Positions 19,901 through 29,792 of a stretch of 64,000 nucleotides of DNA are shown piece by piece. The notes under the pieces were generated by a model, which worked only from the letters and a program-made list of their open reading frames with translations, was not told where the DNA came from and made no database searches. Origin of the DNA: Candidatus Kapaibacterium sp. (lineage in GTDB: Bacteria; Bacteroidota; Ignavibacteria; Kapaibacteriales; UBA2268); the NCBI GenBank assembly GCA_963665665.1, contig OY762428.1, positions 992,001-1,056,000 on the forward strand, given 5' to 3'. Position 1 is the first letter of the stretch, and every line of letters begins with the position of its first letter. Position numbers and translations under genes: made by a program.

Positions 19901-22364
19901 CATTTCGGCAACACTTATAAAGCCGCTTGCATCAGATGCCGTACCACTGACAATTGCTTATGGTTACCTGCCGGTTATAGTTGAAAAGAAATCAAACATA
20001 ATTCCGGTTGAAATAATTGCAAATGAAAAAGTAAGGTCAAAATCTAAACAGAAAATCAAAATTAAAACTCTGCCTAAAAAAGATATTCACCTGACAGTGG
20101 CCGTTGTTGACGAGGGTATTCTCCAGGTTAAGAATTTCCAGACTCCCGACCCATATAAATTTTTCTACCAAAAAATTGCAATGGGCGTAAATTCATATTC
20201 CCTTTATCCATATCTTTTCCCTGAACTGAAGGCTGGGAAATACAGGTATGGAGCCGGAGATGCTTTTGGCAATCTCGAAAAAAGATTGAATCCCCTGACA
20301 AAGAAAAGAGTGAATCTGGTCAGCTTCTGGAGCGGGCTGCTAAAAACGAATTCAAAAGGGGAGGCAAGCTATGAAATTGATATACCGGAATTTTCGGGAT
20401 CGCTCAGGGTAATGGCTTGCGCATACATAGATAAGGCATTCGGATCGGCAGAAATGAATATGACTGTTGCCGATCCTCTGGTGCTGAGTACAGCCCTGCC
20501 CAGATTCTTAAGTCCCTCGGATGAATTTGATATGCCGGTAACAATTACCAATACAACGGCCAAAACAGCAAAAGTTGATGTTGATCTTTCACTGAAAGGG
20601 GCTGTACAAAATATGGGTTCTGATGAGTCAGGCATTTCCATTCCTCCTAACAGTGAAAAACAGATTGTTTATAAAATGAAGGCGAGAAACCAGATAGGCG
20701 ATGCTCAGGTAAAAGTAATAGCAAAAGCATTCGGCGAAAAGTTTACAAGTACAACCGATCTGACAGTCAGGCCTCCGGCATCATTGCAGAAGATTACAAA
20801 GTCAGGCAAGCTTGATGCTGGAAAGAACATTGTTATTGAAACAAATGACAAGTTTTTTGAAGAGAGTATTGATTCAAGGGTAATTGTAGCCCGTACTCCC
20901 CTGATTCAGTTCACGAAGGATGTTGAATACCTGATCGGTTATCCTTACGGATGTATTGAGCAGACTGTTTCGAAAGCCTTCCCGCAGCTTGCTATGAAAG
21001 ACCTGCTGAAAGTGATAAATTCAGGCAACAGCGGCTACCTGGCAGAAGAAGCCGACCGCAACGTACAGCTTGCAATTGACAAGGTACAATCCATGCAGCA
21101 GTATTCAGGCGCAATGAGTTTCTGGCAGGGCGGTTACAATACATCATGGTGGGGCACCGCTTATGCTGTCCACTTCCTGATTGAATGCCGCAAAGCCGGA
21201 TATAGCGTCAATCCCGGTATAATTGACAAAGGATTAAAATATCTTTCGGAACGGGCTTCCAAGGGAGAGAAACGTCTTTATTATTACTGGGAGGATGGCA
21301 AATATGCTTATAAAGAAAAATTTAAAAAGGAAAACGTTTACTCCTTGTTTGTCCTGGCATTGGCAGGCAGACCCAATGTAAGCCTGATGAATTTCTATAG
21401 AAGTAAATCCTCCGAACTGACTGCTGATTCAAAATCTTTGCTTGCTGCGGGCTTCGCACTTTCCGGGGACAAAAGGAATATAAGCGAGCTTACTTCAGGT
21501 GTTAACATGAAGAAATCCAAGAATGAAACAGGCGGAAGCTTCTCATCGCCAACCCGAGACCTTGCCATAACTTTATATACTCTTTCGATAGCAGATCCGA
21601 AAAACAAGAAAATATTTGAAATGGCAAGAAACCTAACTAATACGCTGAAACATACAAGATATTTATCCACTCAGGACAGGTCATTCGGACTTTTGGCGCT
21701 GGCAGCAATTAGCAGAGCTTCGGATGCAAAGAAAGCCAAAGCAAAGATTTTTATTGACAATAAAGAAGCTGCTGAACTTAACACCAGCAAGCCATTTATA
21801 TCAGAAAATTACAAGGACGGAAAACTGAAAATTTCCAATAACGGTGGCTCACCGGTTTATTATTTCAGCGAAACCGAAGGGATTACAAAGGACGGTTCCT
21901 ACACCGAGGAGGACAGCTACCTGAAAGTCAGGCGTACATTCTATACCCGCGATGGCAAAGAGATCAGCAATAATAAATTCAGGCAGGGCGACCTGGTGGT
22001 TGTTAAGATCACACTCAGTACAACTTATGATGAATATATTAAAAATATTGTTGTAACGGATATTCTTCCGGCAGGACTGGAAATTGAAAATCCCCGCCTG
22101 AATAAAGGCCGAGATTTTGAATGGATTAAAAAGCAGAGTTACCCCGAGCATTTCGATTACCGCGACGACAGGATTAATATCTTCTGCACAATCGGGGATT
22201 CCGGCGATTATAGCAGCAACAACAGCAAAGAAAAGAATTTCTACTACATGGTTCGAGCCGTAACCAATGGCAGTTTTACTATGGGGCCGGTCAGCGCTGA
22301 TGCCATGTACGACGGTGTTTACCATTCCTACCACGGTGGCGGAACGGTGGTTGTGGAACCGTAA
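16926..22364 (+). CDS. Bacterial alpha-2-macroglobulin (MG2 domain lipoprotein)
   Basis: Lipobox FVSC; RNLYRPDD; thioester motif YPYGCIEQ; DILPAGLEIENP; RDDR. Confidence 0.95.
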   Translation: MRNSILLVLLAIFVSCGGNELKIVNTNLPENGEISIRQNIEIEFNKELANDSLFLNSDSIDYFRFTPDLPGTYSWLDNKTLSFSPYEGFAPNTKYKMEITEKILSHSKEKIDLPEKRVFEFHTPPLKLIHASAKWVMPDSTNGMPALLVNLQFNHKINQADLDSLMEITINGQEHYFSTQDPGIGKTANVLLREDNYSAITDKPMVIKIEKGMEIINANDKMAEDIIYETSVPGIHKLEITGLQTSKDISELTVQLFTNQSISRNQKLKNFIKIKPSVKIEFEQNEFGLLLKGGFNPETVYEIKVSKTLKGVFGKELGEDYHGFAAFNDVQPLVEFTEAKAMYLSSKSTKNVGIRIYGVKEFEVQVVKIFENNILGFSRRGKSWGYSYDEEDNWNEFRYYRTGNFGDEIYKEKFLAKDLPTKSGISLLKLDFEDIIKKYKGIYVVKVKSTDSEWLQDSKIISISDVGLIVKRVEDQILVFANSIKTAEPLGGCDIKIFSTTNQMYASQKTNSDGIAIFQDFNNTGVEFEPGMISGDYNGDVNYLLLDYKSEVDKTRFEGTDGIDGKGYKTFIYSSRNLYRPDDTLVIAGIIRDEDWGTVKDMPVKAELLLPNSKVYKEMKLNLNAQGGFETQVYLPRTLVTGIYNIRVSLMNGTVLKSYPVSIEDFVPDRIKVEMESDKKEYIAPDKIMISARVNNLFGPPAANRKYEMNFSFRKSDFRPKGFRKYSFAIHSGSDRLLDNQFTTGKTDEKGLVEENAYIDSALSGMGLIKCNANLTVFDETNRTVDRSLALNIYTQDAFNGIGDFDYWVETRKKIKIPVVAVDKNGKALNNHKATVKIYKYDWETVLRRNHNGSYYFESQKIEKLVMDRKLKISGKNYFFAYSPQFSGRYQVRIYNEGSNNYVSRNFYSYSWGTTSNKSFAVDPEGKIDITCDKEKYNIGDKAKILFKTPFRGKLLVTVERDKILDHFIIETDKNAASLTLDIKEEHLPNIFISATLIKPLASDAVPLTIAYGYLPVIVEKKSNIIPVEIIANEKVRSKSKQKIKIKTLPKKDIHLTVAVVDEGILQVKNFQTPDPYKFFYQKIAMGVNSYSLYPYLFPELKAGKYRYGAGDAFGNLEKRLNPLTKKRVNLVSFWSGLLKTNSKGEASYEIDIPEFSGSLRVMACAYIDKAFGSAEMNMTVADPLVLSTALPRFLSPSDEFDMPVTITNTTAKTAKVDVDLSLKGAVQNMGSDESGISIPPNSEKQIVYKMKARNQIGDAQVKVIAKAFGEKFTSTTDLTVRPPASLQKITKSGKLDAGKNIVIETNDKFFEESIDSRVIVARTPLIQFTKDVEYLIGYPYGCIEQTVSKAFPQLAMKDLLKVINSGNSGYLAEEADRNVQLAIDKVQSMQQYSGAMSFWQGGYNTSWWGTAYAVHFLIECRKAGYSVNPGIIDKGLKYLSERASKGEKRLYYYWEDGKYAYKEKFKKENVYSLFVLALAGRPNVSLMNFYRSKSSELTADSKSLLAAGFALSGDKRNISELTSGVNMKKSKNETGGSFSSPTRDLAITLYTLSIADPKNKKIFEMARNLTNTLKHTRYLSTQDRSFGLLALAAISRASDAKKAKAKIFIDNKEAAELNTSKPFISENYKDGKLKISNNGGSPVYYFSETEGITKDGSYTEEDSYLKVRRTFYTRDGKEISNNKFRQGDLVVVKITLSTTYDEYIKNIVVTDILPAGLEIENPRLNKGRDFEWIKKQSYPEHFDYRDDRINIFCTIGDSGDYSSNNSKEKNFYYMVRAVTNGSFTMGPVSADAMYDGVYHSYHGGGTVVVEP

Positions 22365-22384
22365 ATAACAGACAATGGACAACC

Positions 22385-22412
22385 GTAGGGAACAGGCAAG
22401 CCTGTTCCCTGC
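22385..22412. repeat. GTAG-type REP palindrome
   Basis: GTAGGGAACAGGC-AA-GCCTGTTCCCTGC just after the alpha-2-macroglobulin stop. Confidence 0.6.
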
Positions 22413-22561
22413 ATACATCTGAAATAATAAAATTGATTGATTTTACACAATGATTATTCATATGAGTAATAAAAAAATAAAATTTTTAATAATACTATTA
22501 AGATGACAAACAGTTACCTTATCAATATTCGAACATTGATTAATTATTTAAAGAGGAAAAT

Positions 22562-23824
22562 ATGAAATTTGTAGCTTTAGTTTTTGTGCTGATTACTTTT
22601 TCATTTGGAAAAATGATTGCCATTGAATCAGATACTTTATGGACTCGATCAATAAGATATAGTGATGGAATATTCTTCCTTCCCGGAGATAGTCTGATTT
22701 TAACAAATTCCTGGGGAAGATTTATAAAGCTGAATGCCAGAACAGGAGAAAAGTTAAATGAAACAAAATTGATCACAAATGATTTTAAATCTATTTTCTA
22801 TAATGATGGTAATTTTGCATTAGCGATATCTCTTGATGCAGATGAAATTTATATTCTTAATGTCAACAATTTTACTTCATATAGATGCCTATCACTTTCA
22901 AAAAAAGATAGTGCAAAGTATTCGACTATCGAATTTATTGACAACGATACAATAGCTGTTTTAATAAAAAGGTCTGACGGCAGGTCAACTATTAAAATAT
23001 ACAATATTAAAAATTGGAAAATTGAGAATGAAATCGATTTACAAAATAGAGATGTTTGTTATTTTAGGTTTTCACCTGAAAGGAAATATTTAGGAATTGT
23101 AAGCTTAGGAGATTTTTCTCCACCTAAAGAATATAATGATAAATTTCTGTTAGAATTATTTAACGAAAATACTTCGGAATATCTTCTCATTGATAGTACT
23201 AAATATCATGAAGACAAGTTTGAAGTAATTAGCGATGTAAGATTTAGCAGTGACAATAAATATTTAATTCAGACAATGTGGGAATCTAAAAGCAAGATAT
23301 GGGATTTGCAAAATCATACAGTGTTTAAAGAATTGGATATAAATCATGCCCTTCAAATGAAAATAACCGAAGATCAAAAATATATAATTTTAGCTGATTG
23401 TAGATTGAAAATTGCTGAATATGCTTCCGGAATGATAATTCAAGAATACAACGACATCCCCTGTGTTAGATTTGATGTCAGTTTAAATGATAATTCTATT
23501 GTAACTTATGGTAATGAACAAATATCTATGGTAATACCATTTTGGAAAATCAATAATATTGAATTCGAAAACTGTATTTCATTAAATACTGTAAAATATA
23601 TAAACAACAATCTATTCATTAACATATCATCAAATTCGTTTGAAAATTATAAAATATGTGTTTATGACTTTACTGGCAATCTTGTCACAAATTTAATAAC
23701 AGGAATGACGCAGGCTGGATCAAATCATATCAAAAAAAGAATCCAATTACAGACTGGTGTCTATTTCGTACAATTACAAATTGGTAATAATATGTTTTTT
23801 AAAAAATTTGGTGTTGTTAATTGA
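22562..23824 (+). CDS. WD40/beta-propeller protein with T9SS type A sorting domain
   Basis: Signal peptide; FSPE, FSSDNKYL and KIWDL repeats; C-terminal VYDFTGN...LQTGVYFVQL...KKFGV. Confidence 0.7.
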   Translation: MKFVALVFVLITFSFGKMIAIESDTLWTRSIRYSDGIFFLPGDSLILTNSWGRFIKLNARTGEKLNETKLITNDFKSIFYNDGNFALAISLDADEIYILNVNNFTSYRCLSLSKKDSAKYSTIEFIDNDTIAVLIKRSDGRSTIKIYNIKNWKIENEIDLQNRDVCYFRFSPERKYLGIVSLGDFSPPKEYNDKFLLELFNENTSEYLLIDSTKYHEDKFEVISDVRFSSDNKYLIQTMWESKSKIWDLQNHTVFKELDINHALQMKITEDQKYIILADCRLKIAEYASGMIIQEYNDIPCVRFDVSLNDNSIVTYGNEQISMVIPFWKINNIEFENCISLNTVKYINNNLFINISSNSFENYKICVYDFTGNLVTNLITGMTQAGSNHIKKRIQLQTGVYFVQLQIGNNMFFKKFGVVN

Positions 23825-23952
23825 TAATGATTGTATTACGAACCATAGCAATTCAATTATTCGGCATTATCTTTCCAATCCTGTTATTAATCAATAATTT
23901 TTAAAATTGAAAATAAAATAGCAGATAAATATCTTCGCATCAGGGAAGTGTA

Positions 23953-26262
23953 ATGAAAAACACATTGAAAAAATCGGTAAAAAGAATATTGTCAGTTGTT
24001 GCAGCGGCAGCTCTTTTATTCCTTTTGCTTGACCTCGTTTTTCCTGTGGATACAGGTATTGATTTTTCGGGAACTCTAACCGACAGGGACAATAATGTTA
24101 TTGCCGCAACTCTGAACAGCAGTGACAAATGGCGATTCCGGGCTGAATTGGAGGAACTTTCCCCTAAGCTGACAGATGTGACTATTTTCAAAGAGGACAG
24201 GTACTTTTATTATCATCCCGGTATAAATATTTTCTCGCTTGCGAGGGCATTTTTCTCAAATCTGTTCTTCGGCGAAAGAACGCTCGGAGCCTCGACGATC
24301 ACAATGCAGACAGTCCGGATGCTTAAACCAAAGGAGCGCTCATACCTGAATAAATTTATTGAAATGTTCCGCGCCCTGCAATTGGAGCTGCATTACTCCA
24401 AGGATGAAATACTCGAAATGTATTTCAACCTGCTGCCCTACGGCGGGAATATAGAAGGAGCGAAAACCGCGTCAATATTATATCTCGGGATCAATCCGGC
24501 AGGTATGAGCCTTTCGCAGGCTGCTGCGCTTTCGGTTATTCCCCAGAATCCGAATAAATACCGTATTGGCAGGTATAATAGCGCTATTGAAAAAAAGAAG
24601 AACCTGATATTGAACACGCTCGCCGGCAGTTCTGTCTTTCCCCAAAAAGAGATATCAGGAGCGCTGGCCGAACCCTTTCATTCATCGAGAAAAGAAATCC
24701 CGAATTATGCCCCTCACCTGCTGAACAGACTGGCTGGCGAGTATCCCCTTAAAAATGCTATTCATTCCAAGATTGATTCACGCATACAGATCGAGGCATC
24801 TTCAATAATAAAAAACTATATTGATAATCAGAAGCTAAATGGTATTTATAATGCTGCGGCAATCGTCATTGACAATAAAACTCTGGACGTGCTGGCTTAT
24901 GTCGGGTCGAATAATTTTTACGACAGCCGGCATTCCGGGCAGGTGGACGGCATCAGGGCTGTCAGGTCGCCGGGCAGCGCGTTGAAGCCACTCGTCTATG
25001 CAATGGGTTTTGACGATGGAATGATAACCCCGAGGCGGGTAATCCTTGACGTTCCGATAAACAGCAGCGAGTACAGCCCGGATAATTATTCCGGTTCTTT
25101 CCGGGGCGAGGTAACGGTGGAACAATCTCTTATCCATTCGCTGAATGTCCCCGCAGTAAGGGTTGCGATGGATATAGGCTGCGACAATTTCATCGACCGC
25201 TTATGCAAAGCCGGATTCAAAACCGTTGAGAAAAAGAAAAAAGGGCTCGGCCTGTCCGTTGTTCTCGGGGGCTGCGGGGTTACTCTCGAAGAACTGGCAG
25301 GGATGTATTCAGGCTTTGGCAATAAGGGAAAGATCAGAAATTTACGCTATACCGGTGATAAAAAATATGACACAAACACCGTTGCTGTATGCAGCCCGGA
25401 AGCAGCCTATATGATATCGGATATATTGATGAAATCCGCAAGGCCGGATGTTCTTTACGGCTATCTTTCAGGTAAGGATATGCCAATTATTGCATGGAAA
25501 ACTGGAACCTCCTACGGCAGGCGCGATGCCTGGAGTATTGGGTATAATCCCCGATATACTGTTGGGGTTTGGGCCGGGAATTTCAGCGGGGCAGCATCGT
25601 CGGAACTTACCGGGGCAAAAACAGCCACTCCCCTGATGTTCGAAATTTTCAGGATTCTCGGATCAGCCGGCAATGATAAGTTTATAAAACCCGACGGCCT
25701 TTATACCCGGCAGGTAGATCAGGAAACAGGGCTTCTGCCGGGAGAATATACCACGCACACAGTGGACGATCTTTATATTCCTCTGGTTTCTTCGTCTGAA
25801 ATTTCAAACAACTATTCAAAAATATTCGTATCAATGGATGAAACTGTTTCCTACTGTTCTGACTGCCTGCCCGAGGGCAATTACAAGGAAAAAGTATATA
25901 AGAGAATCCCCCCGGACCTGGCATCCTATTACGAAAAATACTCGCTGAATTATGAAAAGATTCCTGCGCACAATCAGGAATGCCCGAGAATTTTTTCAGG
26001 CAAACCGCCCGTTATCTCCTATCCGGTGGCAGGGCAGGAGTACCTGCTGCAAAAATCAGGGGACAGCCGGATAATGCTGCAATGCTTCACAGCCAATGAC
26101 GTACAGGACGTTTACTGGTATATTAATGATAAATTCTACACTAAAGCACGCAACGACGAGAAAATATTCTTCCGCCCCAATAATAAAGGAAAAATTAAAA
26201 TCTCCTGCTCGGACGATATGGGGCGCAACAGCGATATTGAAATAAATGTTAGTTTTTATTAA
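23953..26262 (+). CDS. pbpC: Penicillin-binding protein 1C
   Basis: EDRYFYYHPG, GASTITMQ, SPGSALKP (SxxK), SLN, KTGTS; C-terminal BiPBP_C domain; near alpha-2-macroglobulin. Confidence 0.93.
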   Translation: MKNTLKKSVKRILSVVAAAALLFLLLDLVFPVDTGIDFSGTLTDRDNNVIAATLNSSDKWRFRAELEELSPKLTDVTIFKEDRYFYYHPGINIFSLARAFFSNLFFGERTLGASTITMQTVRMLKPKERSYLNKFIEMFRALQLELHYSKDEILEMYFNLLPYGGNIEGAKTASILYLGINPAGMSLSQAAALSVIPQNPNKYRIGRYNSAIEKKKNLILNTLAGSSVFPQKEISGALAEPFHSSRKEIPNYAPHLLNRLAGEYPLKNAIHSKIDSRIQIEASSIIKNYIDNQKLNGIYNAAAIVIDNKTLDVLAYVGSNNFYDSRHSGQVDGIRAVRSPGSALKPLVYAMGFDDGMITPRRVILDVPINSSEYSPDNYSGSFRGEVTVEQSLIHSLNVPAVRVAMDIGCDNFIDRLCKAGFKTVEKKKKGLGLSVVLGGCGVTLEELAGMYSGFGNKGKIRNLRYTGDKKYDTNTVAVCSPEAAYMISDILMKSARPDVLYGYLSGKDMPIIAWKTGTSYGRRDAWSIGYNPRYTVGVWAGNFSGAASSELTGAKTATPLMFEIFRILGSAGNDKFIKPDGLYTRQVDQETGLLPGEYTTHTVDDLYIPLVSSSEISNNYSKIFVSMDETVSYCSDCLPEGNYKEKVYKRIPPDLASYYEKYSLNYEKIPAHNQECPRIFSGKPPVISYPVAGQEYLLQKSGDSRIMLQCFTANDVQDVYWYINDKFYTKARNDEKIFFRPNNKGKIKISCSDDMGRNSDIEINVSFY

Positions 26263-26281
26263 CCGGGCCTTGAGTCCTATC

Positions 26282-27577
26282 TTACTCCAAATTTATCATA
26301 TGAACAATAGATTTAGCAATTGCTTCATTGTTTACAATTATTTTTATAACGAAACCTTGAATACTTCTCATATCAAGTTGATAATATTTTTTTATAACTT
26401 GTATGTCATAGTATTGTTTCATACCCTTCTTCTTATATAATAAAATCCTGGCAGAGTCAGATTGCATCAAATCAGGAAACTCAATATTGAGCATCCCTTC
26501 TATTTCTCCTCTTGATAAAATCACAGAACTGTTCTTAAATGAAAACTTTGTTGAATCCGCAACACCATCTGCTAAAACTTTAAATTCGCTGACATAGTCT
26601 TCTTGTTCCTCTCTTATCTTACGCTTTCTGTTTTCTTCGATATTATCAATATAGTGTATTGTATTAGGATTAGCAAAGATATCTATGTAAAGATGATTTA
26701 AATAATTTTCAAAATCTGTATTTAAAAAGTTGTTTTTTGGATCAATTATAAAACAATAGTTTATGTTTTCACAGAAATGTTTCAGATCGTCATCGCCAGT
26801 TGTAATCAATGTGAAAAGATTGGGAAGTTCGTTAAACCTTTTTGGATAATAATCAATTTCTTTACTAATAAAAACCAGTGTTTGAAGAGCTTTTAAATTG
26901 AAAATTGTTTCGGGGAATTTATCACATTTGGCATATACTATTGCCATATCAAAGATATTATTCCTTTTTTCGAATTTCTTTAACTCCTGATCCAGATCAA
27001 AACCAGAAAAATCAACAGGGAACTCTAAAGAAAGCCTGATATAAGATTTTAGATTCTCAATCCCATCCGGAAGTTTTTTTATCCTGCAATTATAGAATTT
27101 AACCGCAAAAATCCGTGCAGTCGTATTGAAATCAGTAAAAGAACTAATACTATCACACTTGAAAAAGTTTAAAGTTACTATATTCTTACAAAAATTTAGT
27201 GATTTTGGAATATTTTTTATCGAGCTATTGGTTATTGTAATACTAATAATTCTGTATGAAAGTTTTTTACTGTTAATCTGACAGATTGCGCTGTCGATTT
27301 GATTTTCATTCATATTGTTAAAATTAATATCAATGAAAAAGGGATTTGTTTTTAGAATATCAGAATAATCTTCTGAAAAAGTATTATAAAAGGAAGTATA
27401 CCTTTTAGCAAATTGGTAAATTGTATCCAATTCAGCTACCGAATTTATTTCAAAATTACACGATAGATAATATCTTGCAGGTGGAATGAAACTATAAATG
27501 TTTCCTTTTGTCAATCCATTTACTGTTGATACAAAAAAAAGAATCGATACGAGCCATATAAGTTTTTTGATTTTCAT
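26282..27577 (-). CDS. Secreted leucine-rich-repeat-like protein (paralog A)
   Basis: Signal peptide from MKIKKL; LRR-like IKKLPDGIENLK and FPETIFNLKALQTL. Confidence 0.7.
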   Translation of the reverse strand: MKIKKLIWLVSILFFVSTVNGLTKGNIYSFIPPARYYLSCNFEINSVAELDTIYQFAKRYTSFYNTFSEDYSDILKTNPFFIDINFNNMNENQIDSAICQINSKKLSYRIISITITNSSIKNIPKSLNFCKNIVTLNFFKCDSISSFTDFNTTARIFAVKFYNCRIKKLPDGIENLKSYIRLSLEFPVDFSGFDLDQELKKFEKRNNIFDMAIVYAKCDKFPETIFNLKALQTLVFISKEIDYYPKRFNELPNLFTLITTGDDDLKHFCENINYCFIIDPKNNFLNTDFENYLNHLYIDIFANPNTIHYIDNIEENRKRKIREEQEDYVSEFKVLADGVADSTKFSFKNSSVILSRGEIEGMLNIEFPDLMQSDSARILLYKKKGMKQYYDIQVIKKYYQLDMRSIQGFVIKIIVNNEAIAKSIVHMINLE

Positions 27578-27592
27578 CTTTAACCACCACAA

Positions 27593-28846
27593 TCATATTT
27601 TCTGATGAAATAATTTATTGATTTTTTCGCCGTTAATTTCAATTTCCAGAAAGCATGTTTCAATATCTCTTAAATCGATTAAGTATTCATCTTGAACAAC
27701 CTTAATCTCAAATAATGAAGGTTTAAATTCATCTATAAATATCTTTATTTGCGCAGAATCTTCGTCTTTTAAATCAGGAAATTTAATATTTATAAATCCT
27801 TCTCTTTCATTCCTGGATACTATTGCAACCCGTTTTTGAAATATAAAAGAAACAGAATCAATTTCCGATTGATTAAATAAAATCGTATTGTTTGATAAAT
27901 AATCTTTTTCTGCAATTTTGTTTGAGGGATGAAGAAAAAAATTTGAATTATCGTAAATAAATTTATAAAATCCTACGGGAAATCCGTCCTGTTCCCATAG
28001 GAAACTATTTTCTTCTGTATTTATGATTTTGAAAGCACAAATTTCTTCGTTGATACTTTCAATCTTACTTCTGGCAGATAAATACAGGCCTGTTAAATTT
28101 TGCAAACTATCAAAGCGATCCGGATAATCTTCAATTCCTTTACTAATAAAAATCAGTGTTTGAAGAGCTTTTAAATTGAAAATTGTTTCGGGGAATTTAT
28201 CGCATTTGGCATATACTATTGCCATATCAAAGATATTATTCCTTTTTTCGAATTTCTTTAACTCCTGATCCAGATCAAAACCGGAAAAATCAACCGGAAA
28301 TCCTAACGAAAGCCTTACATAAGATAACAGGTTTTCAATCCCATCCGGAAGTTTTTTTATCCTGCAATTATCAAAAGTTACCGCAAAAATCCGCGCCGTT
28401 GTGTTGAAATCCGTAAAAGAACTAATACTGTCGCATTTGATAAAATTTATACCATACAAATTATCACATAATTTAAAGGATTCCGGAATTTTCTTTATAG
28501 GACTGTTTTTAATATTTATTCCATTAATACTTTGAGAATAAGAATTTCTGTATAAAATCCGAATTGAGCTGTCTATCTGAGATTCGCTCATTGAATCAAA
28601 GGTTATTATTATATCTGGGACACCAAAAGTAATAATCCCAATATCTGTATCTTCAAGGCTGTTTGTGAAACTACGATACCTTTCATTGAATTTATCAATG
28701 GTATCCAACTCGGAAACTGATTTGACAGTATAGCTTTTATAATATAGAGAGTCCAGAGAGCCGTAAAATTCAACTAACGACCCAGCTGCAAACATTCTAT
28801 TAGCCTGAAATAAAATAAATAAGATAATAATGATAGTTTTTTTCAT
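27593..28846 (-). CDS. Secreted leucine-rich-repeat-like protein (paralog B)
   Basis: Signal peptide from MKKTII; shares an approximately 100-aa near-identical core with paralog A. Confidence 0.7.
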   Translation of the reverse strand: MKKTIIIILFILFQANRMFAAGSLVEFYGSLDSLYYKSYTVKSVSELDTIDKFNERYRSFTNSLEDTDIGIITFGVPDIIITFDSMSESQIDSSIRILYRNSYSQSINGINIKNSPIKKIPESFKLCDNLYGINFIKCDSISSFTDFNTTARIFAVTFDNCRIKKLPDGIENLLSYVRLSLGFPVDFSGFDLDQELKKFEKRNNIFDMAIVYAKCDKFPETIFNLKALQTLIFISKGIEDYPDRFDSLQNLTGLYLSARSKIESINEEICAFKIINTEENSFLWEQDGFPVGFYKFIYDNSNFFLHPSNKIAEKDYLSNNTILFNQSEIDSVSFIFQKRVAIVSRNEREGFINIKFPDLKDEDSAQIKIFIDEFKPSLFEIKVVQDEYLIDLRDIETCFLEIEINGEKINKLFHQKI

Positions 28847-28998
28847 TGTCTGACTCAGTAAATGAAAGAACCCCTGTTTATTTGTTGACACGCTATGTAA
28901 TCAAAAGGTGACAGCAGTAAAGAAAATTTTTATGCGCTCAAAATTCATTAGAGATGCCTTTTTTGTTAAGCTTATGTAATTATTATAGATATTAAAAG

Positions 28999-29040
28999 TC
29001 CACCCCGTCTCGCTGCGCTCGCCACCCCTCAAGAGGGGAA
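28999..29040. repeat. Solo fragment of the composite-element REP
   Basis: TCCACCCCGTCTCGCTGCGCTCGCCACCCCTCAA-GAGGGGAA, essentially the same as 35430-35472. Confidence 0.8.
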
Positions 29041-29155
29041 CCTATATATTTACAACAACTTGCGTGTAAGATATATGTCCTGCTGAGCAATCATGGTAAA
29101 AAATGAATATCCCGGATGAAATTTTATAATAGAGATTTGACTCCACCCCCAAATA

Positions 29156-29189
29156 AAAAAAGCGGGGTTAGCCGCAACCAATCCCGCTG
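29156..29189 (-). terminator. Intrinsic terminator of bfr
   Basis: Minus strand AGCGGGATTGG-TTGCGG-CTAACCCCGCT followed by a T-run. Confidence 0.65.
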
Positions 29190-29217
29190 AATGGATACTG
29201 TTTTTCAATCTGAAATA

Positions 29218-29715
29218 TTATGCCTGCGCCGGGCCTGCCGAATTTGTCTTGCTGCGTTCAATCGATTGCAGGGCAAGATAGTTATCGCCGAAGCGGGACA
29301 GGTTGTCAAGTTCAGTGTCGTACTGGTCGAAGTGGCGTTCCTCGTCGTCCACCAGCGCTTCGAATATTTTCTTTGAAGCCGAATCGGCGTTTTTCGAACA
29401 TTCGTTTGCCCATTCGTTATAATCTTTCACGCTGCTTTCTTCCATTTCAGAGGCAAGTTCAAGCATCTGTTTCACATCGTGAATTTTCTTAACTTCAGCC
29501 GAAGCTTTCAGTTCTACTTCGCCCTTCAGGAAAAGTATTCTTTCGGACAGGGTTTCAATATGCAACATTTCTTCGATGGCTGTACGCTTGAAAAGGTTAG
29601 CGATAAGGTCGTAACCCAGGTCGTCGCATCTGAAGTGGAAATACATGTACTGGTGTACAGCAGATAATTCATCTGCAACCGCTTTGTTCAGCAGTTCGAT
29701 ACTTTTTGTTTTCAT
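29218..29715 (-). CDS. bfr: Bacterioferritin
   Basis: ADELSAVHQY, EEMLH (heme Met), ERILFL, DEERH ferroxidase motifs. Confidence 0.9.
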   Translation of the reverse strand: MKTKSIELLNKAVADELSAVHQYMYFHFRCDDLGYDLIANLFKRTAIEEMLHIETLSERILFLKGEVELKASAEVKKIHDVKQMLELASEMEESSVKDYNEWANECSKNADSASKKIFEALVDDEERHFDQYDTELDNLSRFGDNYLALQSIERSKTNSAGPAQA

Positions 29716-29792
29716 CTTCGCCTCAATAGTAATTATCTAACACTATACAAATTCAAATTCAATTCGAGATTTAAATAAAAACCCGGAATTTA

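Noticed and set aside
21849-22418. Long antisense ORFs (also 15568, 30118, 36755, 57928)
   Set aside because: They are shadow frames opposite well-supported genes.
26282-28846. Diversity-generating retroelement TR/VR pair
   Set aside because: There is no reverse transcriptase; the differences are not adenine-specific and are largely synonymous; both copies are internal to genes.
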